Source: Selaginella moellendorffii
Lineage: Eukaryota > Plantae > Lycopodiophyta
Assembly: GCF_000143415.4 (NCBI RefSeq)
Contig: NW_003314270.1
Span: 1,543,048 to 1,607,047, forward strand
Direction of reading: 5' to 3'
Length of the DNA: 64,000 nucleotides
Below are positions 27,554-38,414 of this stretch, in pieces; positions within the stretch are counted from its first letter, which is position 1, and every line of letters begins with the position of its first letter. The notes beneath the pieces are model-generated. The model ran no database searches. It saw only the letters and a program-made list of their open reading frames with translations, and was not told the DNA's origin. The translations under genes were made by a program, and so were the position numbers.

Positions 27554-30500
27554 CTAAACAAGGTTAGGAGAATGAATCAGGTTGTCCGCAGGTTCCCAAG
27601 TGCGTTCCTCAGGTCCGTAACCCTTCCAGTCCACCAAATAGTAGAGTTTAGATCGTGAAATCTTGGAATCAAGGATGTCCTGAACCTCGTACTCAGACCC
27701 ATCCTCGAGCTGCACTGGTGGAGGCGGAGGAATGACCCGATTTGGAATAGGACTGGGAATATAAGGCTCAAGGAGAGAGGAGTGAAAAACGGGGTGAATT
27801 TGATATGAGGAGGGAAGTGCAAGGCGATAACTGACAGGATTAATGATGGCAGTGATAGGGAAAGGACCAAGGCGTTTGAAATCGAGTTTTGGACAGGGCC
27901 TGGTGGTGGAGATATTTCGCCTGAGGAGCCAGACTTTATCCCCGATATTGTAAGGGGGACAATCCTGACGATGGACATTGGCAAATGTTTTATGAGATTC
28001 CTGAGCACGATGGAGGTGGAAGGAGATGGAGTTGTGGATTTCCTGAAGGTTGGAGAGAAATGATTCAGAGCGGGGATTTGAACGAGAGGATTCAGATGGA
28101 GAAGGAAGTGAGAGATTGAATCGGGGATTTCGGCCAGAGTTCGCAAAGAAGGGGGAAACTCGAAGAGAGGAGTGAACAGAGTTGTTATAGGAGAACTCAG
28201 CAAGGGGAAGGATATCGAACTAGTTATCCTGATGATAGTTGATGAAGCACCTCAAGAATTGTTCCAATGTCTGAATCGTTCGCTCGGACTGCCCATCAGT
28301 TTGAGGATGATATGCCGAAGAGAGGTTGGCCTTCACTCCAAGCAACTGCAAAAACCGTTGCCAGAAATGAGAGATGAACTGAGGCCCCCGATCCGAAACC
28401 ACATCTGTAGGAATCCCATGAAGTCGGAAAATTTCCCTGAATACCAGTTTTGCCATGTCCTCGCCCGAAAACTCCTTGGTACATGGCAAGAAGTGCGCCA
28501 TCTTTGTGAAGCGATCCACCACGACTAAAATGCTGTTGAAGCCTCCAGAACTCGGAAGATCACTCAAGAAATCCATGGAGATGGATTCCCAAGGACCTGA
28601 AGGGACCGGAAGGGAACGAAGCAAACCTGAAGGAAGGTGGCGAGGTACCTTATTCCGGGCACAAGTGTCACAGGAGGTAACAAAAGCTTTGATGTAGTCG
28701 TCCATGTGAGGCCACCAAAAGTCCCGTGCAACTAGCTCATAGGTTTTCGCAATGCCGAAGTGACCAGCAGTCGGGCTATCGTGGCACGCCATCAGGATCA
28801 ACCTTCGAGCATCACCTTCAGGAACGTAAAGCTGCTCCCCACGGTACAATAAGCCATCTAAGAACTCGAACTCGTCAAATTGCCGGCAGTCGGGAGTCAC
28901 TGGGTGTCCAGCCTGAAGATGGGGAAAAATGTCGCTAGCGAGATCATCGGATTGAAGATCGTTTCTGATTGCATCCATCAAGGAGGAGTCCTGAGGGGCC
29001 AGGGAAATTGCCATAACTTGAAGCCGATCAGGACCGAGGATAACTTGATCCTGTTGATCGAAGGCAGGATTACCAGGCCTGAGACTGAGATAGGAGCGCC
29101 TTGAAAGAGCATCAGGAAGGCCTTGAAACTTTCCAGGTCTGTACTTGATAACAAAGTCAAACCGACTCAGGAATTGTGCCCACCTTGCTTGACGACGGCT
29201 TAAAACTCGGGAAGTGGCAAAGTACTCGAGATTTTTGTGATCCGTCCAGACTGTTGTTTGATGGCTCGCCCCCTCCAAGAAACGGCGCCACTCTCCAAAG
29301 GAATCCACGATGGCAAGAAGCTCCTTGTCGTGGATTTCGTAATTGATCTCCGCAGGCTGGAATTTCCGAGAATGGAAAGCGACCGGATGAAGTTCGTGAT
29401 CCGCTCCGAGTTGAGATAGCACAGCACCAATGGCAAAGTCGGAGGCGTCAGCCTCGATGAAGAAAGGTTGTGAGGAATCAGCATGGATCAAGACAGGAGC
29501 AGAACTGAAGGCCGCCTTGAGTGTGTCGAAAGCCTGCTGGGCAGCAGTAGACCAAGAGAAGGGAACATCCTTGCGAGTGAGATGTGTGAGAGGAAGGACA
29601 ATGTCAGAGTAGTGATCAATGAATTTGCGGTAGAAGTTGGCGAAGCCAAGGAAAACTTGAACGTCTGACATTGATTGTGGAGGCTCCCATTCGAGAATAG
29701 TCTTGACTTTTGCAGGATCCATCGTGATACCCTCAGGAGTGACAATGTACCCAAGGAACTCCACAGACTGCTGATCAAAGGAACATTTCTCAAGCTTCGC
29801 GTATAAGCCGTGTTCTCGCAGCTTCGCTAGCACCTTGCGAACATGTTCGTCATGCTCCTCCTGAGTTTTTGAGTAGATGAGGATGTCATCGAGGTAGACG
29901 ATCACCATCTGATCAAGAAACTCCCGAAAAACGTCGTTCGCCATGTGTTGGAAAACCGCTGGAGCATTTGTCAAGCCAAATGGCATGACAGTGTACTCGA
30001 AGTGGCCATAGCGGGTTCGGAACGCAGTCTTCCATTCATCACCAGGCCGGATGCGGATCAGGTTGTATGCTCCACGGAGGTCGATCTTGGTGAAGAAGCG
30101 GGCACCGCCGAGGCGTTCCAACAGGTCCGAGATCAGGGGCAGTGGATAACGGTTCCGAACAGTCACCTTGTTCAAACCTCGGTAGTCGATGACTAGCCGC
30201 AAGCTCCCATCCTTCTTCTTGACAAAGAAGACAGGCGCTCCAGCCGGGGACTGCGAATGCTGAATGTAGCCCGAGGCAAGGTTCTCATCCACGTACTCTT
30301 TGAGGGCCTTAAGCTCGGACGGGGATAACCCGTAGATAGGCCCCCACGGAGGTGACGCTCCTTCCTGTAAATCAATGGGACAATCATAAGGCCGATGAAC
30401 AGGCAGTACACTAGCTTTTTTCTTGTCAAACACATCCCCAAAATCATGATACTTCTCAGGAAGACTGACAGGAGAAACATGCAAAGCAAAAAGAAAAAGA

Positions 30501-31204
30501 GGTTCTTCATGAAGGAGTTCTTTCATAGTGATTGTGGAGATAGGAGGAGGAGTACGACTAAATGGAATGATGAGACGAGGATACTGTCCAGTGTAATATG
30601 GAAGAGAGAAAAAAGAAGAGGATGAAAACTGCGTAGAGTCAGGAACAGAACCCCGACTTGAGTTTAGGGAACTTTTCCTGATTCGGACTCGATGAACACC
30701 AGGGGAAGCCGTGGGAGATGGTGATGTGGGAGAGATGAGCTGTAAGTCCTTCCAACAAATCTGAGGCTGATGTAGTTGGAACCAAGGAAGACCGAGCACC
30801 ACAGAGGAAGACTTGCTGTTGATGATGTTGAAGGCGATATCGGTGACGGTGGACCCGATGTGTACTCGAACGGGCAACGTTTCCCTAAGTCTAGAAGATG
30901 GAGACACAAAATGCCCGCCGATGCCTTCAACCCTCAGATCCCGTATGGTAGGAGAAAGAGGAACGTGATGTCGGGCAGCAAAGTCCGTGTCCATGAAGCA
31001 GGAAGTTGCACCCGAGTCCAGTAGCGCCAAAGCCTTGAGTCCTGATTGTCCGGTGAAAGAAAGGAGACATAGGACGCGGAAGTTGCGGGAATTGGTGGTG
31101 GCTTTGATGAAAGGTGGTGAGGAGCTTGATAAGGAAGAAAAGTGATTTTTATTTGGGGAGTCCAAACAGACAGCTCCTACTCTGTTTGGACAGGGTCGTT
31201 TCCC
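27554..31204 (-). pseudogene. pol: pol (PR-RT-RH-IN-chromodomain), reached by -1 frameshift; premature TAG at 28220-28222
   Basis: LLDSGA, YLDDIL, DASDFAIG, HHCC and DDE motifs. The frame continues past the TAG (HQDN*FDILPLAEFSYNN) through the GPF motif to the chromodomain EYEVQDILDSK..YLVDWKGYGPEERTWEP. Confidence 0.93.
31120..31204 (-). promoter_or_regulatory. -1 programmed ribosomal frameshift signal (G GGA AAC plus stem-loop/pseudoknot)
   Basis: Slippery heptamer at 31204-31198 in the gag frame, 6-nt spacer, 11-bp stem (31191-31181 with 31170-31160). Loop AGGAGCU is complementary to 31126-31120. pol is in the -1 frame. Confidence 0.88.
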
Positions 31205-32154
31205 GATTGCAACAGTGGTGGACTTTGAGGCAGAGTGAACTCGAGCAATCGAGGAGGCTTCCTGGGACACACAGCTGCTTTGTGATTAGGATCAGCACAG
31301 TAGAGGCAAAGATTATGAGATATTCGACGTTGCCTCTCAGCAGGACTCAACTTCCCTCTAATGAGTCGGGGAGTACCAGAAATATCCATCGGGACCGGAG
31401 CAGTAGGTTCAGGACTATGCCCCGAAGACTCAAGTTGGGATTCCTGAGTCTGGGACGGAAAAACAGCGGCGCGGCAACTTTCCTGACGACGTTCAAAGAG
31501 ACGATTGTCACATCGAACAGCTTTGTTGATGGCGTCCGACAGGTCCTTGGGATCCTCCATGGTGAGCAACAAATCCTTGACACCGTTGTTGAGGCCGAAA
31601 CGAAATTGGTCAATCAGGGCCCGCTCATCCCACTGAGTGTCCAAGGCAAGGAGTTGGAACTCTGCAGTGTAGATTGAGGCAGGACGAGACCCCTGAGAGA
31701 GACGTCTCATCTTTGTGGTAGCAGCCCGAACCCGATCCGTCTCGCCAAAACATGCTTCGAGCTTCTCTTTGAACAATTGAAGATCCATCAGCTCCGGAAC
31801 CACGACCCCTTTCATGCTCTTCTCCAGAAGAGGAGAAAACCATGACAAAGCTGCACCCTCGAGCAACGTCCCAATCGCGCCGATTTGAGACTCGGGAGTG
31901 GGGTACCGCCGATGTTGAAGTGCAAAGATCAGCTCCATTTGATTCAAAAATCCACGAAGCTCCGAACGCTTGCCTGAAAATTTCGCCGGGAAACTCACCT
32001 TCGGTTCAGGAACTTTGCTGGATCCTTGAGCCGAAAGTGAAGCAAGCTCCTGCTGCATGCGAAGAAGGGTCGCCTTCAGCTCGGTATTCTCAGACTGGAT
32101 TTTTGCAAGGACTTCGGCAAAGAAATCAGGATGGCTTGGAGACTCCATTGGCAA
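31177..32154 (-). CDS. gag: Gag (Retrotrans_gag-type capsid with CX2CX4HX4C knuckle)
   Basis: PAKFSG, LEGAALSWF, QGSRPASIY, PVPMDI and CLYCADPNHKAAVC motifs. Confidence 0.93.
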   Translation of the reverse strand: MPMESPSHPDFFAEVLAKIQSENTELKATLLRMQQELASLSAQGSSKVPEPKVSFPAKFSGKRSELRGFLNQMELIFALQHRRYPTPESQIGAIGTLLEGAALSWFSPLLEKSMKGVVVPELMDLQLFKEKLEACFGETDRVRAATTKMRRLSQGSRPASIYTAEFQLLALDTQWDERALIDQFRFGLNNGVKDLLLTMEDPKDLSDAINKAVRCDNRLFERRQESCRAAVFPSQTQESQLESSGHSPEPTAPVPMDISGTPRLIRGKLSPAERQRRISHNLCLYCADPNHKAAVCPRKPPRLLEFTLPQSPPLLQSGNDPVQTE

Positions 32155-32228
32155 GAAGAAAGAAAAGAAAGGGGGGAAAAGACAAAGGCAATCAAATAAT
32201 CAAAACAAGTTAAAAGAAAAGCAAAAAA

Positions 32229-32350
32229 CACAATCTGAATCAAACTGTCAAGACCCCCAACAAGATCAAGACTAGAAAATGCTAAAGACAAAGAGAAAAA
32301 GCTAGTGAAAACAAAGAAGAGGCCTTAGACTGGTGTTGATTCAGATTGTG
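32229..32350 (-). promoter_or_regulatory. Self-priming PBS (15 nt) complementary to the predicted mRNA 5' end
   Basis: 32229-32243 is the exact reverse complement of 32336-32350, which starts 30 nt downstream of TATATATA (32380-32373). There is no TGG tRNA-type PBS. Confidence 0.85.
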
Positions 32351-32772
32351 GAGAAATGGAACAAGGCTAACCTATATATACTATAGGTTGATGAAGCTCC
32401 ACCACTCTTGGATCGAGGACAGCCTAAATACAGCTGAGGTCGAGGAGGCGCCACATCATCATCAGGAATGTGGCTCGAGACTCAGGAATCGGGAAGTGTC
32501 TCGAGAGTCAGGAATAGGGAAGTGTCTCGAGAGTCAGGAATAGAGAAGTGTCTCGAGAGTCAGGAATGTGGTCTGCAGGTCAGGAATCCGGCGAGAGTCA
32601 GGAATGTGGCAAGAATTGGGGGATTCCTGACAGAGGGCACATGCCATTCTATTTCTCAGACCGGTATTAAGATATACTAGTGCAAAGGGCCACATGCCAT
32701 CACGCCTCCTCTGATTCAGATTCGGATTGTTCACCTTGAAATAAAATACATTAGAAACTTAGTAAAGGAATA

Positions 32773-35700
32773 TTAATGAATCTCACCTTGAACCCGGGTT
32801 ATGAATGCTCTTGCTGCATCTCTTGCATGGTCTGGCAAGGTGATGGTGGCACTCTGCTTCCGCATCCAACCATGCACAACATTATCCACCGATATGCTCA
32901 TGCTGGGATCCCTTGGATTCAGCACCCATCTCTTTTCTAGGCAATCCTTCGTATATCCGGAACTTGGCTTGAACCACTCCACAGTTACATTGAAGGAGTT
33001 AGTTTCCGCGTCCTCCTCTGCATCAGTGATGCAGCGCCCCACCCATATCATTTGTTTTTTATTACTGGGTCTGACAAGCACGACCATTCCTTTGCAGACC
33101 TGTACTGGATTGAATGCTGAATCCGGCTTCTTGTTCCTTGGCCCACAATAGTGATCCTCAACATCGTTATCTGTCACTACATTTCCAGAGGACATTGTTC
33201 CGCTACTATCTGGTGCTCTGGGTTCTGGCCAAAAGGACTCTTCCAATTCTTCATATACAACCGGCCCATTTTGGATAGCAGATATAATCTTCTCCCAGTA
33301 TTCGAGCAAAGGCTTGCACCTCTTAAAATAGGATTCTCCACCAAACACCAACCCCCTCTTCCAGAAGGCAATATGCTGTCTAATCCCGGCCACTATACTT
33401 TCCTGGTCTTTGAGTCCATCCGGGTGCATCGGCCGTGGGGAACCCTGAGGAATCATAGGCTCCCCAGTTATGGGATCTCTCTTGAAGAGTTCAATGCTGT
33501 CCACTGGCAGCCACACTGTGTCCCATTCTCTCATCTTGTACCTCATCACTGGAGCACCGTCACGCATGCTGAAATGAAACTGAAGAGGCTTGGAGTGGCC
33601 AATCAGCGTTTCGGATCCGTCCCTGATGTAGCCTCTTACAAACCCCTTAAAGTCTGGAACCTCTGTCACAAGTGCAGCTTCAACAGTGCCTTTGATGCAA
33701 TTTTGGAATTCATCGTAGAGTTGTGGGAGGGTGAGGACATTAGATCGCCGGAGGGACTCTGCCAGGTGACTGAACATGGCATCGACGTCTTCATGAGTGT
33801 GCCCAACCATGAGAAAGCCAAGTGTAACCGTTTCAAATATGCCTTTGGCAACAAGCATCGCCAAGTACGCGAAGACGTACATGTTTTTGTTCTCACTGCC
33901 AACATTGTCTGTTTGGAGCAGAAGATGGGGTGGAAGGCCACATCGGCCGCAAGAACTTCCTTGAGATTCTGCTTCGTTTGGATGAGGCTGTGCATTCACC
34001 GGGCGACCAGCCTCGTCGGAATGGCATGAGGCCTCACGTGATAACCCTACAATCTGACGGCCAACATATTCACTGGGATGGAATGGGGCCCCACGCGATA
34101 CTGCAAGCCTTTGCTCCTCCTCCAGCTGAACCCTGTATGGGGTTCGATCGACAAGGGCCTTATGCAAGGGTTGGCCGTTCAGCTCAGTCTGCGCACTTTG
34201 CAAAGACCTTAAGTGTTTTGCTAAGGACGCAATCATCATGTTTGCACCCCCGCCACCCCATAGAGGTACAAAGAAGTTCCCATAGTTCTGGGCACCATGC
34301 CCATGAGCAATTATGCCAAACAGAGACACAGGCAGCTGCATGGATGAAGAGATTGCCTTGGGGGCAGGATTGAGTCGAGGTAAGCACGTCTTTTTCTGGT
34401 CCATTTTGTCGTGGATGATGCAGAGGTAAGAGTCAGGTCTCTCCATGGAGAGAATCCTGTTATGATAATATGCAGTCCTGCAGCTTCTCTGCTTGATGTT
34501 GTGGTCGAGCCGCCTTCTAACCAACGTCTCTCGCTCTTGAGCGCTGCAAGAATTCTTCGACAAAGCCATTTTGATAGCAGTGCACTCGTCACACTTTGAA
34601 AAGCTGGAGTACTTTCCTATACTCACATCCCTGAACCTGTTGCTCCACAATCTACTAAATCTAAATTGGCTCAGCTTCCTGTAGCCATTACTCTGGAGTT
34701 CCCGATTCACATCTTCCAATATGGCCCCCTTGGTATACATGGAAGGGAGAACTCGTTGGGTGTCTCATGTTCCATCTTCCAAGAGGCGGGTTTTATGTGG
34801 TTGCTGCTCGCTACATGTCTCGACAAACCTCTTGAAGATTGCCTCTCCATATACAACATGACCCCTGGTTTTGTGCGTACCGTCGTTCCCATGGACTGCC
34901 TGTTGAACCCTTTGTTCCTCGAACTCAGTTTTGATTCTGTAGAATGTGGTTCGAGGGACTCCATAAATGATTCTCCATGCCTTCATGCAGACCAAACCCC
35001 TCTGGAAGACCATGCCCCCCACCTGATGTTCTGAAGTATCAACAGATGACCGTAATGCCTCATACACAAAATTGCGAGCTGCCTTCCAGGACAATGTCTT
35101 GTATCTTGCTCTCTCCTCTTCAATAGCATCCCAATCAGCATGTTGACAGCACCTCCTCTTGCAACAAGCAACTGTCGAGACCATTCGAACCTCCATCGCC
35201 ATTTTCTGCCTTTTCGGTTCGTTGCTCAGATCCCTTTGGCTGCGCTGTAGGAAGGTGTACTTTCTTTTCCCATGAAGAGATGTTCTGTCATCAGTTGTAG
35301 TGGTGGTTGATTGTGAATCCTTCACATTCTCAAACACTAAATGCCTCAATTTCCACCGCACAATGCTTCCAATAGTCAGACTATTTTCTTCTGTGTCAAC
35401 AACCTCTAAAATCGCAACTCCAATATCATCCCAGCCCAATTCTTGATTAGCAACCGCATCTCTTGGATCGACAACTGTGGCTAAGCCCTCAGCTACCACC
35501 TCCCCCTCGGGGTTGTTTAGAAACACCTTTGCCTGAATCCATGTAGCACGGTTCTTAAGATCCATGGAGGGAACATGCGTCGCACTTGCGCTGTCCCCAA
35601 CATCTGCTTTCTTCTGCAGATTTTTCAAGGCAACAACAACATTTATCCCGACGACCATCTCTCCTCGTTCAATAGCGACCACATTCCCATCGAAGACAGT

Positions 35701-35841
35701 CTCTACTGATACAGCAGCATTGCCTTCCCCAAGCCTTTGACAGTGTATAACAAAGTTCCAATCCATAGACACAAGGGTCCCTTTTGCAACTCTCTTCCCA
35801 CCATTCAAAATGTAAACCTTTTCCCCAACCCTGAAGGCCAT
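32773..35841 (-). pseudogene. Sola-like DDD transposase, copy 2 (~1022 codons, one premature stop)
   Basis: ORFs 34765-35841 and 32773-34740 are in the same frame, separated by TGA at 34765-34767 (CGA in copy 1). D..DNxxxENKN..GHTHEDxD catalytic motifs. Confidence 0.9.
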
Positions 35842-36178
35842 TTTGAAAGTGCAGAAAAGAAGTTAACACCATACAAAAAATGATTGGAGAATGGCCTAAA
35901 TCATAACATACCAAATAGCATGAGGCCACATGCCATTATTCAAACATGCTATTGACACCCACGTGAAATTTCGCATTCACAAAATTGGCATGAGGCCTCA
36001 TGCCATCTTGATATACACACAGCTGCAGGCAAGTAAAAACATACATGACAATACGCTAGCCATGAAATTGCAAGGGCCCAAGATGGCATGTGGCCTCATG
36101 CCATTTCTAAATGTGGTCCTAAACCATTCCATGGTGAACATACCAGGAAGCACAAGTGCCGAATATCAAGAGGAAGCG

Positions 36179-36320
36179 GTAGCCACACCAAAGACAGTGC
36201 CGCTCGCAACACCGCAACTACTCGTAGCGCCGCTCGCAACACCGCAACTGCTCGTAGCGCCGCTCGCACAAACTGCCACTCGCATAAACTGCCGCTTGCA
36301 ATGGCGCTCGCAATGCCGCA
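36179..36320 (+). repeat. CpG-rich ~30-bp tandem repeat (GCCGCTCGCAACACCGCAACTRCTCGTAGY) upstream of the transposase
   Basis: Visible in both copies (~11155-11280 in copy 1). Confidence 0.8.
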
Positions 36321-37126
36321 ACCGCTTGTAGACGCATAAACCACAGCTCACAACGCCGCTTACACAAGCAGCGCTCACTGCGCTCAGCGGAACCAAGAAC
36401 ACGGCGCACAAAAATGATAGACCTAGGAATGAGTTCGAGAATTCAAAAATAACACACGCTTGAACGTCACATCAAATCCTCTGACAAACCAGATCTTATG
36501 ATTCCTCTGACAAATTTCAAACTGAGTAGCTTCTAGACTTTGCTGTCGGAGGTTGAACTTTGTCACATCATGTCCTTGCCTCAATCCAGCTGTGCCATGT
36601 CAGTGATTCGAACTTTGCCATGCCATGTCAGCGATCCGCGCCAAGATTATTCGCCGTGTAAAGGAATAATTATGCTGTGTGTGTACGTCCATTTATGGCA
36701 ATATAAGGCCACACGCCATTCAAAGAATAATGCTAGTCGAGCATTTTTTGGTGCATTTTTGGGTTCAAAATTGCATGAGCCCACACGCTATAAAGTTTAC
36801 CTGTACCAAAAATAGAAACAGCTTTATTTACTTGGGAATTTAAGTGGTTGAGGCATTTTTAAACTTACAAACACATGCCCTACTTACATTCATTTGGTTG
36901 CTTAAAATTCAAAAATATTATAAACCTTTCTTTTTGCATTTTCAATGTTTTCAATTATGGCTTTGATTTTCGCAGGACCAGCCTAGTAATCTATTTGCAT
37001 CCCGTCATGTTTATAGCTAGCTTTCGTTTGTCCCCTTCGCTGGCCTGAGATACATCTGCTCGGAATCTGCCTCTTACAGCATTTGCCCAGAAAGGGCATC
37101 TTTCTTCACGCAACATTTGCCACATG

Positions 37127-37158
37127 TTTAGGGTTAGGGTTTAGGGTTTAGGGTTTAG
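37127..37158 (+). repeat. Interstitial telomeric repeat (TTTAGGG)n in transposon copy 2
   Basis: Directly visible, midway between the two divergent genes. Confidence 0.9.
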
Positions 37159-38414
37159 CAATTCAATAGCTTGATAAACATGCAAATACAGAACTTGATG
37201 CAAAATCCTTTGATATGTCACAATGCCCCTAGGACCATAAACACATTTCAATAGAGAGGGTCCTTTCATTTCATAACTCCTTACGTAGATCTTGGTGAAA
37301 CTAGAGTTAGTGAAGTTGGTTTCTTGTGATCCCGCATCTGATTGTGATGTCCCTTTGCAGTGTCGATGGAAAGGTCAATGCACACCAAACTATAGAATCT
37401 TGGAGCAAAATAACGGTCGGATCTATGGCAAATGCCCTTGAAACATTGTAAGGCTCGTGTGGTCTCATATGGTGTCTGATCGAGATGCTTCTTTGCAGGG
37501 TCATCAAGAAGGACATTGTATACCATTCTGTAAAATCTAGTTGCGATCTAACGGTTGGATCTCCAGGAAACTCAAAACAATCTCACGCGTATCAGAATAT
37601 TCTAGGAATATACTCCTATGTGCTCCTGAAAATGGCATGTGGCCCCACGCCATTCAAGAGATAACGCCAGATGACGCCGAGCATTTTTTGGTGCATTTTT
37701 TGGGATCAAAATTGCATGAGCCCACACGCTTGAACGTCACATCAAATCCTCTGACAATTTATTTAGCTGAACATCTGGCATTTTTGGAAATACAAGATGC
37801 TTTGGAATATCCAATCATGCATGGTATAAATATAGTGAGGGTATTAAATGATATCCCAATCATGATCTTTCTTTTGGATTTCGCGTGCATGCAGTCCGAG
37901 GAATGATGACGTTGCGGATTTCTTTTGGATTTCACGCATGCGCGCGCCGATCCAGAAATTAATGGTGGCGCCCAAGTCCGAGAAATGATGACGTGGCGGG
38001 ATTACCAACCGTCGTGACATTTCGCGCGTGTGAGGTTAGGTTTTGCATTTTGCTTCGTACTCGCGCTCGCATCGCGCTCCCACTCGCGCTCCCACTTCTC
38101 TACAGGTTTCTCGTGTGCATCGGCGTCCACTCGCGCTTGCATCACACTCGCGCTTGCATCACACTCGCGCTCGCATCGCGCTCGCATCGCGCTCGTGTGC
38201 ATCGGCGTCCACTTCAAGACACACCCAGTTTGTAACTTCGCCGCCAACTCCGCCGCCCACTCCGCCACCCACACGCAGCCCACTTGGCGTCCCGGGAGAT
38301 TTCAGCGCCACTCTCCAACTGTAAGTGGCAGAGTAGCCTTGCTGCTACGATCCGCTGCACACACAGTGCACATTCGCCAGCGAGTCCGGTTGTCACGCCT
38401 CCATTCGGCTTCAA

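Larger units (their letters stand above)
27033..32632 (-). mobile_element. Full-length Ty3/Gypsy chromovirus (Tcn1/Tf1-sushi-like)
   Basis: 387-bp LTRs (27033-27419, 32246-32632; 3 mismatches seen), TG...CA ends, TSD GAGGG, PPT GAGGAGGGGG, gag + pol + chromodomain. The empty site is in copy 1 at 5508-5512. Confidence 0.97.

Noticed and set aside
27577-28203. 208-aa ORF downstream of pol as an env-like gene
   Set aside because: It is an alternative frame overlapping the true integrase C-terminus and chromodomain.
33151-34029. 292-aa plus-strand ORF (also 6026-6904) and 202-aa minus-strand ORF at 39775-40383
   Set aside because: They are antisense shadows of the transposase and cargo genes with no recognisable motifs; the copies are too similar for shared openness to be informative.
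37281-37526. Small minus-strand ORFs (69-81 aa) in the element's intergenic region as a third gene
   Set aside because: No recognisable domain or splice support; they cannot be distinguished from chance.
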